Shown: positions 27,773 to 36,292 of the stretch, one piece after another | Position numbering within the stretch: the first letter of the stretch is position 1 | Layout: each line of letters opens with the position of its first letter | The notes under the pieces: model-generated | What the model was told of the DNA's origin: nothing | Database searches by the model: none | The model's input: the letters and a program-made list of their open reading frames with translations, nothing else | NCBI GenBank assembly: GCA_048939995.1 | Contig: JBHLOY010000002.1 | Location: 384,001 to 448,000 of the forward strand | Reading direction: 5' to 3' | Length of the DNA: 64,000 nt | Origin: Promethearchaeota archaeon | GTDB taxonomy: Archaea > Asgardarchaeota > Lokiarchaeia > Sigyniarchaeales > SOKP01 | Program-made: the position numbers and the translations under genes

Positions 27773-30169
27773 ATGAAAAACAAAAAACGCAAGCTATTAT
27801 CCCTTATTATTGTTATCTGCTCTTTACTTCTATTTACTGGATTTACAATTGCTTATACAAGTTACTTTGATGATTTTAATGGAACATCTCACGGCACTTC
27901 TTGCCACTTTAGCTCTTCAACTCAAAGTAGTACGGGATATTTATCAATAGTATCAAGTTCAGGAAATACCGTAAATCCCGGTGAGAATTTTATACTATCT
28001 GTTCAAGTAAAAAGTTTCAGCGAAGCAGATGGAAAAGAACTTAAATTTGGTTTTCCTAGTGGCACTCCAGGCAGAGGAGATAATAAGCAATTTGGTTTTA
28101 ATACCACAATGGTCTCTGCAGATATAACTTCTGGAGATTCAGCGATATTTGATTTTCTAGTTAATGCACCTCTGACAGAGCAATCATATACTTTAACTGC
28201 TGATGCAATATACCGAAAGAGTGGTAGTGAGACTATATGGGCGTCTACTAATTATATAGTAACAGTCCAAACTTCCTCAGACATTTTACCCCCAGAGCTC
28301 ATCATTATCGATCCGAAAGATAATGAATACAAAAATGGCAATATATTGATTAATGCAAGTGTTATTGACAATGGAGGTTCAGGTCTTAATACAGTATGGG
28401 CAGAAATTACTAATAATAACTCTTTTAATCAAACTGTTTCAATGAATTTAAACACTGATCCATATTATAACGCTATTTGGGATTCAACTTCTGCGCTTGA
28501 TGGTCCTTATACTATAAATGTGAAAGCTAATGATGGAGCCTTTAATATTAATGATACAGAATCTGTAAATGTGATCATTGACAACACCGCGCCCTCAATT
28601 GTTTTAAATAGTGTGCTCCCAAATCCTTCAAATGGATTAACATCTATAAGAGCAATGAATTTTAGTTCAGATATCAATAATTATGGGATTAGGGCAACTA
28701 TAACAACTCCCACTGCTAACAAAATTTTCCTTGATCTAATATATCAAGGAGGAAATGAATGGAACAATACATTTACTATAACCCAAAATGGAATATATTC
28801 TGTTCAGATAAATGCAAGTGACTATTTAGGAAATATTAATATTTCATCCTCATTAAGCATTAATGGAGACATTTTAAATCCTTTTGTTGATATTACAAGT
28901 CCTGGAAATGATGGAGATACCATCGGGGGAGATACTATTATTATAAGCGGATGGGCATATGGTACAGGTACTAACATTGTAAGTTTATTTATAAACGATT
29001 CAAGATGGGGAATTACTCAGAATAAACCCCAGATTGACCCCAGCGGCACTTCTAGTGGACCATTCAGTTTTGAAAATAATAGTTATATATCTCCAGGATT
29101 TTATTGGGTTGAAGTTAACATTACAGACGCTGCTGGAAATATAAATATAAGTAAAAGATATTTCGAAGTCGTTTCGAACGATATTTTTCCACCTATCCTT
29201 GTTTTTAGCTTAATAAATCCAAATCCATCAAATGGTTTTACTAATATTACTGTTATATCAAATGAACCATTAATAGGAAATCCATTGTTAAGTATAACCA
29301 CTCCAAATAGTACTACTATTTATAGAACACTTTATCCTACGGGGGTTCCGAGAACATGGATAACCAATTATACAATTCATGAAACAGGAACTCACTTTAT
29401 ACAAGTAAATGGAACAGATCTTCATTCAAATGTGGGTTTTAAAACGGATTCATTTTATGGAGATATTGATGCACCTTGGATTACCCTTGATAATGTTTAT
29501 CCAAATCCATCCAATGGCTTAACGTTAATAACTGCTTTTAATGCAAGCTCGGATATTGATATAAATGGATTATGGGCCACAATAACAACACCTAGTAAAT
29601 CAATTTCCATTCAACTTAATTATCAAGAGAACAGTAAGTGGAATGCAACCTTCATAGTAACTGAAGATGGAACTTATTCCATCCAAGTAAATGCGACTGA
29701 TTTTGCTGGAAACACAAACATTACAGACTTAATTTATATTACTGGTGATATTAGTACTCCAATTTTATCAATAATTTCACTTCCAATTGAGAGTGGGGTT
29801 AATGCTCCAAACTTTTCTATCTCCATAACAGAGCCAAATTTAGATGGCATATGGTATTCACTATATAATGGCATTTACTGGTCTCAAAATATCACTATTA
29901 TTGGATTTAATGGGACTTTAGAGCAATCTTTATGGGATACCATGCCTACAGGGGATATCTTAATTAGGTTTTATGCAAATGATACGTTAGGACACATAGG
30001 ATATATAGATATTACTATTAGTAAAAATATACCCCAGACGAATATCAATCCTGGGGAAGGAACAGTATCAGGATTCGATTTAGGTATAATAATCGCAACG
30101 ACTTCAGCGATTCCACTTATATTTATAATTCTATGGCTAAAATCAAGGACAAAAAGATTTATTCGATAA
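27773..30169 (+). CDS. Cell-surface glycoprotein: HGTSCH domain, Ig-like repeat stalk and C-terminal sorting anchor
   Basis: Signal peptide TIA|YTS; H40-G-T-S-C44-H45; repeated PNPSNG(L/F)T modules; many NxS/T sequons; VSGF plus TM plus basic tail. Confidence 0.8.
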   Translation: MKNKKRKLLSLIIVICSLLLFTGFTIAYTSYFDDFNGTSHGTSCHFSSSTQSSTGYLSIVSSSGNTVNPGENFILSVQVKSFSEADGKELKFGFPSGTPGRGDNKQFGFNTTMVSADITSGDSAIFDFLVNAPLTEQSYTLTADAIYRKSGSETIWASTNYIVTVQTSSDILPPELIIIDPKDNEYKNGNILINASVIDNGGSGLNTVWAEITNNNSFNQTVSMNLNTDPYYNAIWDSTSALDGPYTINVKANDGAFNINDTESVNVIIDNTAPSIVLNSVLPNPSNGLTSIRAMNFSSDINNYGIRATITTPTANKIFLDLIYQGGNEWNNTFTITQNGIYSVQINASDYLGNINISSSLSINGDILNPFVDITSPGNDGDTIGGDTIIISGWAYGTGTNIVSLFINDSRWGITQNKPQIDPSGTSSGPFSFENNSYISPGFYWVEVNITDAAGNINISKRYFEVVSNDIFPPILVFSLINPNPSNGFTNITVISNEPLIGNPLLSITTPNSTTIYRTLYPTGVPRTWITNYTIHETGTHFIQVNGTDLHSNVGFKTDSFYGDIDAPWITLDNVYPNPSNGLTLITAFNASSDIDINGLWATITTPSKSISIQLNYQENSKWNATFIVTEDGTYSIQVNATDFAGNTNITDLIYITGDISTPILSIISLPIESGVNAPNFSISITEPNLDGIWYSLYNGIYWSQNITIIGFNGTLEQSLWDTMPTGDILIRFYANDTLGHIGYIDITISKNIPQTNINPGEGTVSGFDLGIIIATTSAIPLIFIILWLKSRTKRFIR

Positions 30170-30258
30170 CCTTTTAAAAAGTAAAATTTTTTTTTAATTT
30201 ATTAATTTAAGATAATTAAATTGCTTCATTTGAGACTATTAAATCTTAGAACTTTAAG

Positions 30259-30981
30259 TTGAAGAATTTGGCTATTAAAAATAAAGAAATCATCAATTGT
30301 AAAAATGTTTCAAAGCAATTTGGATATTTCTTTGCATTAAAAGATATTTCATTCAAAGTAATAGCAAATACTATCTTTGGGATTGCAGGAGCAAATGGAG
30401 CAGGTAAAACAACACTGATTAAGATTTTATCTGGATTAATGAATCCTTCTTCTGGAAAAGTATACATTCAAGGTAATAATTATACTGAAAATCCGTTTTT
30501 GATTAAGGAAATGATAGGAATTAATACTGAGGAATCTTTTCTTTATGAGGAGTTGACTATTAATGAAAATCTAGAGTTTTATGATAATCTTCATTACAAC
30601 TTCAATAAAAGTCAGATAAGAAATAAAGTAGAAAACTATGCAGAATTATTTGAAATTCACGATTGGTTAGATGAACCCATTCGGAATTTATCTCATGGAA
30701 TGAAACAAAAAGTTGAAATAATTAGAGTTTTAATGCATGAGCCTTCAATATTGTTCTTAGATGAACCCTTTTCAGGTTTAGACTTTAAAGCAACTAAATT
30801 ATTAATAAATTTACTTCAGAATTTAAAAAAAGGAAAAAATGTAACAATAATACTAACTACTCATAAAATTGATGTATTATCAAAAATCTATGATGATTTA
30901 ATCATTTTAAAAAAGGGAAAAATCAACAAATTCATTACAAAAGAAACTTATGAAGAATTTGAAATAGAATCATATTTTTGA
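30259..30981 (+). CDS. ccmA: Heme export ABC ATPase CcmA
   Basis: GANGAGKTT, LSHGMKQK, LFLDEPF; directly upstream of a ccmB-like gene. Confidence 0.82.
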   Translation: MKNLAIKNKEIINCKNVSKQFGYFFALKDISFKVIANTIFGIAGANGAGKTTLIKILSGLMNPSSGKVYIQGNNYTENPFLIKEMIGINTEESFLYEELTINENLEFYDNLHYNFNKSQIRNKVENYAELFEIHDWLDEPIRNLSHGMKQKVEIIRVLMHEPSILFLDEPFSGLDFKATKLLINLLQNLKKGKNVTIILTTHKIDVLSKIYDDLIILKKGKINKFITKETYEEFEIESYF

Positions 30982-30990
30982 GCTAGCATA

Positions 30991-31707
30991 ATGGAGATAA
31001 AATTTAAAGATAGAATTAAGTTATTCTTTTCTATATTAAGAAAAGATTTAAAATCTGAAATCCGTCAAATAAACGATATATTTTCAATATTTCTTTTTGA
31101 TGTTATATCTATTTTTATATTTTCATCAGTATATAGCTTCAGTACACAATATCAACAGATCCCGCTTGAAATATTTATAATTGAGGTCTGGTTAATAATT
31201 TTTTTTACTCTTATTTTTATAATGGCTAAATTATTCATTAAAGAAAAAGAATCTGGAACCTTAGGAGGATTAATTTCTTCGCCAATTTCAGCCAACACAA
31301 TAATATTTAGTAAGGTAATTTTTTGTTTTATTCTATTGAGCTTTATCGAAATCATTCTTTTTCTCTTTAGTTTCTTTATTTCTAATCCTTTAATACCCAA
31401 TTTACAATTTAATAATGTGATAAATTATATACTCTTAGGGATTATTTTACCAACATTAGATTTATCAATCTGTGGGACAATAGTATCAGCAATTTCTATG
31501 TATGCTAAGAAAAAATCTTTTATTATACCACTTATCCTATTTCCGATAATATTGCCAATAACAATCCCAATAATATCGATTAATATTAAATTGTTAGAAT
31601 TAGCTGCGTTTCTTGAATTAACTTATGAAATTTTATTTTTAGTTTCACATATTATTCTTATGACTTCAATATTAGCTTTAGTTTCTCAAAATCTTCTTTT
31701 TGATTGA
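30991..31707 (+). CDS. ccmB: Heme export permease CcmB
   Basis: ILRKDLKSEIR, FIKEKESGTL, K at TM entry, IIPLILFPIILP; 6 TM. Confidence 0.85.
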   Translation: MEIKFKDRIKLFFSILRKDLKSEIRQINDIFSIFLFDVISIFIFSSVYSFSTQYQQIPLEIFIIEVWLIIFFTLIFIMAKLFIKEKESGTLGGLISSPISANTIIFSKVIFCFILLSFIEIILFLFSFFISNPLIPNLQFNNVINYILLGIILPTLDLSICGTIVSAISMYAKKKSFIIPLILFPIILPITIPIISINIKLLELAAFLELTYEILFLVSHIILMTSILALVSQNLLFD

Positions 31708-31710
31708 AAA

Positions 31711-32049
31711 TTAGCTACACTGAATGAGAATTTGGCTTGCTTTTAAAATCAACGTAATGTTGAATTGACCTGCAACCACTATTTCAATTCCATTTTTTAG
31801 TTCGCTTGGTACAGTAATTTGAGAAACATCGATTAAAATTGTATCATCATTCTCTGTCAAATTAAAGTTGCCCCCTGAAAAGCCTTCTACAATCCCAATT
31901 ACTTGAATTTCAAGATTATCATATTCTGTAGGATTGGAAACAACCTGAGAAACCCTAAGATATGGTCGTATATTAATAACTACTAATATAATAATAAGAA
32001 CTAATGAAAAAATAATTGCTATTATTGCTATAATCTTCGCTTTTTTCAA
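31711..32049 (-). CDS. ccmE: Heme chaperone CcmE, ending at Cys-Ser
   Basis: N-terminal TM, YLRVSQV, IQVIGIV, P...KNG.EIVVAGQF, ASQILIQCS-stop. Confidence 0.82.
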   Translation of the reverse strand: MKKAKIIAIIAIIFSLVLIIILVVINIRPYLRVSQVVSNPTEYDNLEIQVIGIVEGFSGGNFNLTENDDTILIDVSQITVPSELKNGIEIVVAGQFNITLILKASQILIQCS

Positions 32050-32068
32050 TTTAATCTCTTGCTATTTG

Positions 32069-32206
32069 TTATTTTTCTAATTTATTAATTCTTTTTTTTA
32101 TTTTTCTTATACGTAATTTTGGATATAAGATTAAAATAACAATAATAGTCCAAAACAAGGCATAACTGATAGCCATTGTAATAGAATCTAAAACAACCTC
32201 GGACAT
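32069..32206 (-). CDS. ccmD: CcmD-like small membrane protein (45 aa, not in the ORF track)
   Basis: Translated by hand: MSEVVLDSITMAISYALFWTIIVILILYPKLRIRKIKKRINKLEK; one TM with Y...W plus a basic coiled tail, between ccmC and ccmE. Confidence 0.8.
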   Translation of the reverse strand: MSEVVLDSITMAISYALFWTIIVILILYPKLRIRKIKKRINKLEK

Positions 32207-32211
32207 TACTT

Positions 32212-33012
32212 TTAATCATCTCGTAACTTATTTTGAATAATTTCATTTAATTTTTGTTTATTTTTATCTAGTTCAACTAAATTTCTTACCACATAAACGA
32301 AAAAGAGAGTCATCGCTATCAAGTTAAGAAATAATATAAGAAGTTTCATAAAATCCCAATAAATATAACCTGATTCACTTGGATTTGGAGTTATTAATGG
32401 ATGTAAACTTGTAAAAATGATTGCAGAAAGATAACTTAAAGGCACTGTTGGAAAAAAAATAATTCCTAAAATTGAAGTTAATTTAGCTCTCCTTTCTCTA
32501 TCTTCAATCATAGTCCCAAAAATTAAATAAGATAAATATGAGAGAAACAAGACTAAAGTCATAGTTTGTCGCGGGTCACTCCACTGCCAATAAACATTAT
32601 TATAAAGTCCCGAAGTAGCATTATACCAGAGTGATCCTGTGATAAGTGTTACTGCACAAAAAAATACACCTACGACAATACTATTCTTTCCTATACTATT
32701 CCAGAATAGTTTTCTTTGTATGAGGTATAATATATGACAAATAAGACTTACTCCAAATGAAAAGTAGGAAAGCCAAGCTGATGAAACATGATAAAAAAAA
32801 ATCATATACACAATGCGGCTAAAATTTGTCAATAAAAAAATCAAAAATAAGTTAATGATGAGGAATGAAATTGAAATGATAAGTAAATAATCTTTTTTTA
32901 CCCAACTTCTGATGTCTTTCATCTTAATTCTCAAATAAATATAAAATTTTGTATTGAGTGAGTTATAATTAATATTATTGCTGTTAATACTTTCAATATT
33001 AAAAAAGATCAA
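32212..33012 (-). CDS. ccmC: Heme delivery protein CcmC
   Basis: FFYHVSSAW, TGSLW, YWQWSDPRQT (WWD-like), SLHP. True start is probably a downstream Met (MKDIRS). Confidence 0.88.
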   Translation of the reverse strand: MIFFNIESINSNNINYNSLNTKFYIYLRIKMKDIRSWVKKDYLLIISISFLIINLFLIFLLTNFSRIVYMIFFYHVSSAWLSYFSFGVSLICHILYLIQRKLFWNSIGKNSIVVGVFFCAVTLITGSLWYNATSGLYNNVYWQWSDPRQTMTLVLFLSYLSYLIFGTMIEDRERRAKLTSILGIIFFPTVPLSYLSAIIFTSLHPLITPNPSESGYIYWDFMKLLILFLNLIAMTLFFVYVVRNLVELDKNKQKLNEIIQNKLRDD

Positions 33013-33124
33013 AAAAGTCTTTTAATCCTTATAATTGGAAGTTATTTTAATTCATTTTTAAAATTTGTTCTTATGGAATAATGGTTATTTCAAAAAAAAA
33101 AAAAAATGATAGATTTAAATTGAA

Positions 33125-33778
33125 CTATTTAGAAGCTTTACGTTTCTTTCGATATACTAATACGACTATAAGTGAGGCAGTTGTAATGGCAAGTACTCCA
33201 ACCAAAGTATAAATTTCAAATCCAGGAATAGCTCCACCGCTAACAGTCAAAACTACATTGCCTGAAGCATAAATAATACTCAGAGCAGAGCCATCAGTGT
33301 GATTTGCGGCAGTTAAAACGTCAACAACTAGGTTATAAGTACCATCTGTAGATGGAGCTAGTAAATCAAAAGAAACTGAAACATTAGCATCTCCATTAAC
33401 ATCTAAAGTAATTCCTCCTAATCTTATTGGTTCACTTAATTTTTTGCCAAATTGAGCATTATCACCACGAGTAGAAGCGACTGCCACACTCACTTGACTA
33501 TCTCTATCTATAGTTAATGCTTCAGTAAAATTTGTAATTACTACATTTACAGTAAACTCTTGGCCTGCTGTTAGTGATGTACCCTGAATGGAGACAACGG
33601 TTACTGCAGCGCCAGCGCTTTCTGTAGTAGGACCATCCCCAACATGACATCCAGCATGTGAACCACCAAGAAAGCTTTCAATGGAAGATGGGTAGGCAAC
33701 CGCACCACCAACTAAAACTAGAAGAAAAGCAAATACGGCAATAAGAGGGATTATTTTTCTTTTCATTTGATTAGCCAC
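33125..33778 (-). CDS. Surface-anchored protein with HAGCH motif and PGF/Loki-CTERM-type anchor
   Basis: Signal peptide AVA|YPS; H41-A-G-C44-H45 is the only Cys; RGDNAQFG; C-terminal IPGF plus TM plus RKKRK. Confidence 0.8.
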   Translation of the reverse strand: MANQMKRKIIPLIAVFAFLLVLVGGAVAYPSSIESFLGGSHAGCHVGDGPTTESAGAAVTVVSIQGTSLTAGQEFTVNVVITNFTEALTIDRDSQVSVAVASTRGDNAQFGKKLSEPIRLGGITLDVNGDANVSVSFDLLAPSTDGTYNLVVDVLTAANHTDGSALSIIYASGNVVLTVSGGAIPGFEIYTLVGVLAITTASLIVVLVYRKKRKASK

Positions 33779-33896
33779 GTTTTTTTTTGTTTTTTGATAT
33801 TTTTTTTAAGAAGCTAATACATTTTGCAATTTTTTTTAAGAGTATAGCTTAAATTTAAAACTAATTACTATATTTTAAGGTTTACTAAATCTGGAT

Positions 33897-33966
33897 AATT
33901 TAAACAATATTATGATTGATAGTTTAAATTTTCTCTAATATCTTGGTTTAAGTTTAAAAATTAAAC
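33897..33966 (-). promoter_or_regulatory. Three-box element on the minus strand (starts 33966, 33936, 33905)
   Basis: GTTTAATTTTTAAAC, AGAGAAAATTTAAAC, GTTTAAATT spaced 30/31 bp, oriented toward the 33778 gene and ccmCDE. Confidence 0.5.
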
Positions 33967-34205
33967 CAAGATTTTGAGTGATTCTAGACTTAATAGTCAA
34001 AAACTTCTATTTAAATATCTTTTTTATAATTTATTTAAAATTAAAAAGGAATTAAGCTTAAAGTCAATTTTTTAATCAAATTGATTACAATAACTAAATT
34101 AATCAAATTTCTAATTTTGTATAAAAATTCAAATTTTTTATAATCGACAAATTTTAAAAAGTGGAAATAAAGAATATATTAAATATATTTTATTATTGAA
34201 GAATT

Positions 34206-34769
34206 ATGCAATTAGATAATATTGATAAACAAATACTAAACGCCTTATTCAAAAATGGACGAGAAAGCTTAACTAGTTTAGAGAAAATAATAATTAAATC
34301 TGATACAGAAACTATGAGTCATACTGGTATTGCTAAAAGGATAACAAAATTAGAAGATAATGATCTTATTAAAGTTCAAGCTAATACTAATTTAAATAAA
34401 CTCCAATATAAAGGCCTATTTTTGTTAATGGAAATGGTTAATTTTGAGGAAGTTCAAAATATTATTAAAGCATACAGCGATTGCCCTAGAGTATTTTTAA
34501 TGGCGCCTGTAACTGGACAATACAATTTAATTTTAGGTGTCGTAGGGCAAAATCTTGATATTTTACACCGATATTTAAATTATTGTGGTCCCACGAATAA
34601 AAAAGGGATTTTGCATTCTGCTGTGATGTTTACTACAGATCTTATTAAACCAAAATATGTTCCCATTGACTTATTCAGCCAAGAAAGCCATGAGATTGAT
34701 TGTGGGAATGTGTGTAAAAATTGTGCTGCTTATCTTGATGGAAAATGTAATGGTTGCGGAAATTTTTAA
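34206..34769 (+). CDS. Lrp/AsnC family regulator with Cys-rich C-terminal tail
   Basis: LDNIDKQIL..L..NGRES HTH, RITKLE, VTGQYNL RAM domain; tail CGNVCKNCAAYLDGKCNGC. Confidence 0.88.
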   Translation: MQLDNIDKQILNALFKNGRESLTSLEKIIIKSDTETMSHTGIAKRITKLEDNDLIKVQANTNLNKLQYKGLFLLMEMVNFEEVQNIIKAYSDCPRVFLMAPVTGQYNLILGVVGQNLDILHRYLNYCGPTNKKGILHSAVMFTTDLIKPKYVPIDLFSQESHEIDCGNVCKNCAAYLDGKCNGCGNF

Positions 34770-34835
34770 AATTATGCAAAAGCTAAAAAATCAACTTTAA
34801 ATTTGCAAATAATTCTCTATTACAATTTTATAAAA

Positions 34836-34850
34836 GTTACATTTTGAAAC
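34836..34850. promoter_or_regulatory. Single GTT-N9-AAC palindromic box upstream of the hydrogenase operon
   Basis: GTTACATTTTGAAAC resembles the boxes at 18681 and 27609. Confidence 0.35.
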
Positions 34851-34975
34851 TTATGTCTAAGACAATTTCAATATAACAAAAATTTTTTAATAACATACAC
34901 CATAAAGTTAAACATTGAATTTTTTTAAAAAATAATTCGATAATTTATTAAAAATAATAATAAGATGAAGAAAAA

Positions 34976-36289
34976 ATGGCAGTAAAAGTCGCATTTTACC
35001 AATGTTCAGATTGCTGGGGCTGTCATCAATCCTTAATAAACGCTCATCTAGGGTTGTTGCCAGTATTACCAGCACTAGATATTGTGTACTGGCCGGCAGT
35101 GATTGATATGAAATATGATTCTTTAAAATCTAGACCAGACGGAGATATCTTAGTAGGTTTCATTGAAGGAAGTCTTAGAACAAATGATGACGTAGAAAGT
35201 GCTAAATTAATGAGGGCTAAATGCAAACTTATCATATCATTTGGTTCTTGTGCATGTTATGGTAATGTACATGGATTAGCAAATCAATGGGATATCCAAG
35301 AGTTAATTAATCGGAAATTTGGTGAAGTGGAAAGCATTACTAATGAATCACCACATGAACCAAAAGAACATGTCCCTGGGTTCGCCGCTAAAATTGTACC
35401 GTTAGATGAAATTATTCAGGTTGATGCGTATATTTCAGGATGCCCACCTAAACCAGAAGCTATTATTAGTGCAGTACAGTTCCTACTTGGTCAAAAGCCA
35501 TTCCCTTCCAATGAAATACCATTCTGTAATGATTGTGCTATAAAAAATGAATGTCTATTAGATTCAGGAACGCTATGTTTTGGACCAATTACTAGTACCG
35601 GATGTAATTTAAAGTGTACTAGTGACAGAAACCCATGTGTAGGTTGTTATGGACCATCTAAAACGATAGATATGAGAGCAGAAAAATTAAATACAATGAC
35701 AAAAAGTCTATATACACCCAATACAGGAGATAAAAAAAGTTTTCATGAATTTTTAACGCTATTTCTAAATATCCCATTAATGGCAGGTTTTGATCTTTCT
35801 GGAGATCTTTTAAAGCAGATCAAGAAACGAGGATTTGTTCAATCCCCATTAGCAAATTTACCTTCAACTACGGAAGAAATTGCATCTAATTTAATGAAAT
35901 ATATGGCTAATAATCCAGATTTTCACGAGATCTCGAATGTGTGTGATACATGTCCTAGAATTATTGGTAGTAAATCAACAATGACAAAAGTAAAAAGAGA
36001 TTATGAAGGACTCCCTAATATGGAAGATTGCTTCATTGAACAAGGATACATTTGTATGGGACCTGTGACTAAAGCTGGTTGCGGTGGTTTATGCATAAAG
36101 GTTAACGCACCTTGTACTGGTTGCTTTGGGCAGACCAAATGGGGTGTTAATCAAGCAGAGAGATTTGCTGATACTGTAATTAAGGGTTTCAATGTGAGTT
36201 TATCTAAAGAAGAGCTACTTGCTCAGGTAAAAGATCATATTGGTACTTTTGAAAAATTTACATTTGCATCAAGAAAAGGAGGTATATAA
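34976..36289 (+). CDS. vhuG: Group 3c hydrogenase small subunit MvhG/VhuG with duplicated C-terminal Fe-S module
   Basis: CSDCWGCH, FIEG, GSCACYG, SGCPP; two C.GP.T..GC...C......PC.GC modules. Confidence 0.9.
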   Translation: MAVKVAFYQCSDCWGCHQSLINAHLGLLPVLPALDIVYWPAVIDMKYDSLKSRPDGDILVGFIEGSLRTNDDVESAKLMRAKCKLIISFGSCACYGNVHGLANQWDIQELINRKFGEVESITNESPHEPKEHVPGFAAKIVPLDEIIQVDAYISGCPPKPEAIISAVQFLLGQKPFPSNEIPFCNDCAIKNECLLDSGTLCFGPITSTGCNLKCTSDRNPCVGCYGPSKTIDMRAEKLNTMTKSLYTPNTGDKKSFHEFLTLFLNIPLMAGFDLSGDLLKQIKKRGFVQSPLANLPSTTEEIASNLMKYMANNPDFHEISNVCDTCPRIIGSKSTMTKVKRDYEGLPNMEDCFIEQGYICMGPVTKAGCGGLCIKVNAPCTGCFGQTKWGVNQAERFADTVIKGFNVSLSKEELLAQVKDHIGTFEKFTFASRKGGI

Positions 36290-36292
36290 AAT

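Noticed and set aside
34976-35030. CWGCH (CxxCH) in both MvhG-like proteins as Ccm substrates
   Set aside because: These are the proximal Fe-S ligands of cytoplasmic hydrogenase small subunits, and neither protein has a signal peptide.
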